A stretch of DNA of 64,000 nucleotides from NCBI RefSeq assembly GCF_963921235.1, contig NC_086109.1:27158001-27222000 (forward strand). The letters run 5' to 3'. The position numbers were made by a program, and so were the translations under genes. The DNA is from Mobula hypostoma (Eukaryota). Positions 61,966 to 64,000 of the stretch are shown in pieces. Numbering within the stretch: the stretch's first letter is position 1; the number at the start of each line of letters is the position of its first letter. A model generated the notes under the pieces. The model ran no database searches, was not told the DNA's origin, and was given only the letters and a program-made list of their open reading frames with translations.

Positions 61966-63161
61966 CAGGGGTCCCCAAGCTTTTTTGCACTGTGGACCGG
62001 TTTCATATTGACAATATTCTTGCGGACCGGCCGACCGGGGGTGGGGGTGGGGGTAGGGGTGCCAACAGACAAGAGTAGCAGTCAAATACGTTGTGTTTAC
62101 CCCAGAAAGACTACAATGATCATGAAGCCTTGCTCGGGCACCAGTGCCCATGCGTGCACATGCTGCTTTTTTCCTACAAATCGTTTTTGATGATTCTGTT
62201 CTGGGGGGTGGGGTGGGGGGTTGTTAATCACAACCAGAATATAGGTGATAAGTGGCTAATACACTCAATTTCGTTTCTGAAAGGGTTTATCTGACGAATT
62301 TAATATTTAACACACAGCACATATTTTCCTCGCATGAATATAGTGATAAGTCAATTACCAGGGAGGACAGGGGAGCTTGAAGTAAGTGTTGAATGAACTT
62401 GCAGTAGAAGTGGTAAAGGCCGGTTCGATATTATCATTTAACAAAAAATTGGATAGGTATATGGACAGGAAAGGAATGTAGGGTTATGGGCTGAGTGCAG
62501 GTCGGTGGGACGAGGTGAGAGTAGCATTCGGCACAGACTAGAAGGGCAGAGATGGCCTGTTTCCGTGCTGTAATTGTTATATGGTTATATAAGTAAGTCA
62601 ATAGCATCATAACATTTTAAGTAACGTTTGGATATTAAACACACAGCACATATTTTCCCCGTATGAACATATAAAATTATTGCAACACATTAATATCGCT
62701 GAATCAGTGGGAGCCCTGGGCTTGTTTCCCTGCAACAAGACGGTCCCATCGAGGGGTGATGGGAGACAGCGATACTCGAAGGGGGTTCCTTATGTCCAAT
62801 CTATTCTGCAATTTAGTTTTCGTTGCATTCATTGCAGAGATATGTTGAAAACGGAAGCAACGTTTTCAGTGCTTTCGTGGCTATCTCAGGATATTTAGCC
62901 TTGACTTTGATCCAGAATTCCGGCGGCGATGTTATGTCAAACATACTTTTTATCCCGCCGTTATTTGCAAGCTCGAGGAGTTGATCTTCTTCCTGCGCTG
63001 ACATGGATGACGCACGGGTAATGACCTCATGTGCGTTCAAGCTCAACAGTGGGCTTGACAGGGAATGAGGAAAGGTGCAGCTGACTCATATCACCAAATC
63101 ATATCGTTTCCTCACGGCCCGGTAGCACATGCTCTGCGGCCCGGTGGTTGGGGAACCGCTG
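61966..63161 (-). mobile_element. Non-autonomous hAT-Charlie/Buster DNA transposon
   Basis: TIRs CAGGGGTCCCCAA / TTGGGGAACCGCTG; 8-bp TSD ATCTAGGC (61958-61965 and 63162-63169); transposase C-terminal dimerisation remnant QLLELAN..FWIKVKAKYPEIATKALKTLLPF (62813-63046). Confidence 0.92.
62388..62590 (+). mobile_element. CR1 3' end inside the hAT element
   Basis: Closely matches 39600-39810 (same subfamily, ATATGGTT tail); TSD AAGTAAGT (62380-62387 and 62591-62598). Confidence 0.9.
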
Positions 63162-64000
63162 ATCTAGGCCATTTGATCCTGTCTTTGCTTCACAAATGGA
63201 TTGGGGTAGCCAAAGAGGAACTCACTAGGTCTGTTGTTTGGTGCTGAGGTGACACAAGTGCGGAGAGATCTTTGGCTCTGTGGGGTGTTTCCTGGCTGGA
63301 ATTCTCCTTCGTCTCACTAAGTCTGTGCAGTGCACTTGGGTCACCATTGATCCACATCTAGACTTGCTCTGGTGTATCTTGAGCCCTCTGATGTTTTTGC
63401 AGACTTTCCCGCAATGACACCTCACCCTGAATTCCTTTCTGGTCAGTGTTGTTTGCTTTAGCTTCCTCGTAGTCGTGTTTCCTGTCCTGGCTGCTGCCGG
63501 TATGACCGTCCTGTTGAGTCTCTCATCCTCCCCCGCCTCTCAGGAGACTCTGGGGGTGTTGCTCTTCATGTTCAGTTGTAGCTTGAGTGGTGCCCTCTTG
63601 TGAGTGCTGTCCACAAGGTTGCTAGCCTTGTGAGCCCATGCCAGTCTTTCCTGGATTTAATCTAACTTTTTTTCATTGATGTCATGAAAATTAAACTGCA
63701 AACACACTTGTGATATAGAAAATAATTTTAAAATTGATCCATAATGTCTTTGAGAATTTTTCAATCACTCACTTGAGAGCAATTCTTGGGTTATTTTGAA
63801 TTCCAGAAATCATATGATATAACTGGAATCTAAACACTCTTGCAATCCACAGTAATAACACTGAATAAAAAAATGAGTCACATAAAGGAAATTGAGTTTA
63901 ATAACTGATATGCGTAATCGTGAAGATGATGATCAAAGATGCTTTTCAAAATGGAGCTTCTGGATGGATTATTTTTCAAAATAATTATTCAAAGATAAAA

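Larger units (their letters stand above)
59260..63655 (-). mobile_element. HERO-type (RLE-class) non-LTR retrotransposon, near full length, frameshifted
   Basis: N-terminal Zn finger CHCGKVCKNIRGLKIHQSKSRC (63225-63425); APGPSGIPYKVYK; FIPKEE..FRTISLL, QKGGIPGFSGCLEH, WLDLVNAYGSIPH, GFMDD; CKLCGQKGTLAHILSGC; C-terminus SCWIWSRREEGSWKPGADGQ* with stop at 59409-59407. Ends approximate. Confidence 0.88.

Noticed and set aside
61558..62190. 210-aa plus-strand ORF
   Set aside because: Antisense shadow of the HERO ORF running into the hAT end.
35071..64000. Further upstream copine exons (e.g. YFVLLIITDGVISD)
   Set aside because: Not found by eye or in the ORF track; a short exon could have been missed, and tBLASTn or spliced alignment would settle it.
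1..64000. Prokaryotic systems (CRISPR, operons, retrons), rRNA or tRNA genes
   Set aside because: The window is intron-containing vertebrate DNA; no repeat-spacer array or structural RNA gene was recognised.

Overview
Repeat-rich vertebrate genomic DNA. The repeat landscape (CR1 LINEs, Penelope-derived palindromes, DeuSINE/V-SINE-like copies) suggests a cartilaginous fish, probably a ray; this is inference. The only host gene I can support is the last three coding exons of a copine (CPNE5/CPNE8 clade, most like CPNE5) on the minus strand (35070-35013, 29260-29187, 26618-26430). Everything above 35070 appears to be one long intron. Mobile elements include: a young Gmr1-type Gypsy LTR element (3098-7932; 858-bp LTRs with 3 differences seen, TTAC TSD, SCAN-Gag, deleted pol); an older chimeric Gypsy (45581-49496); several nested CR1s with readable TSDs; Penelope fragments carrying minimal hammerhead motifs; Rex/Babar and RTE fragments; a Tc1-like fossil; and a near full-length HERO-type RLE LINE (~59260-63655, minus) interrupted by a hAT-Charlie element that itself carries a CR1 3' end. 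The most striking observation is in the HERO 3' UTR (59306-59429). All catalytic core nucleotides of a hammerhead ribozyme are present with perfect stems I and III, but the strand order is not a circular permutation of types I-III, which implies a pseudoknotted hammerhead enclosed by a perfect 15-bp helix.
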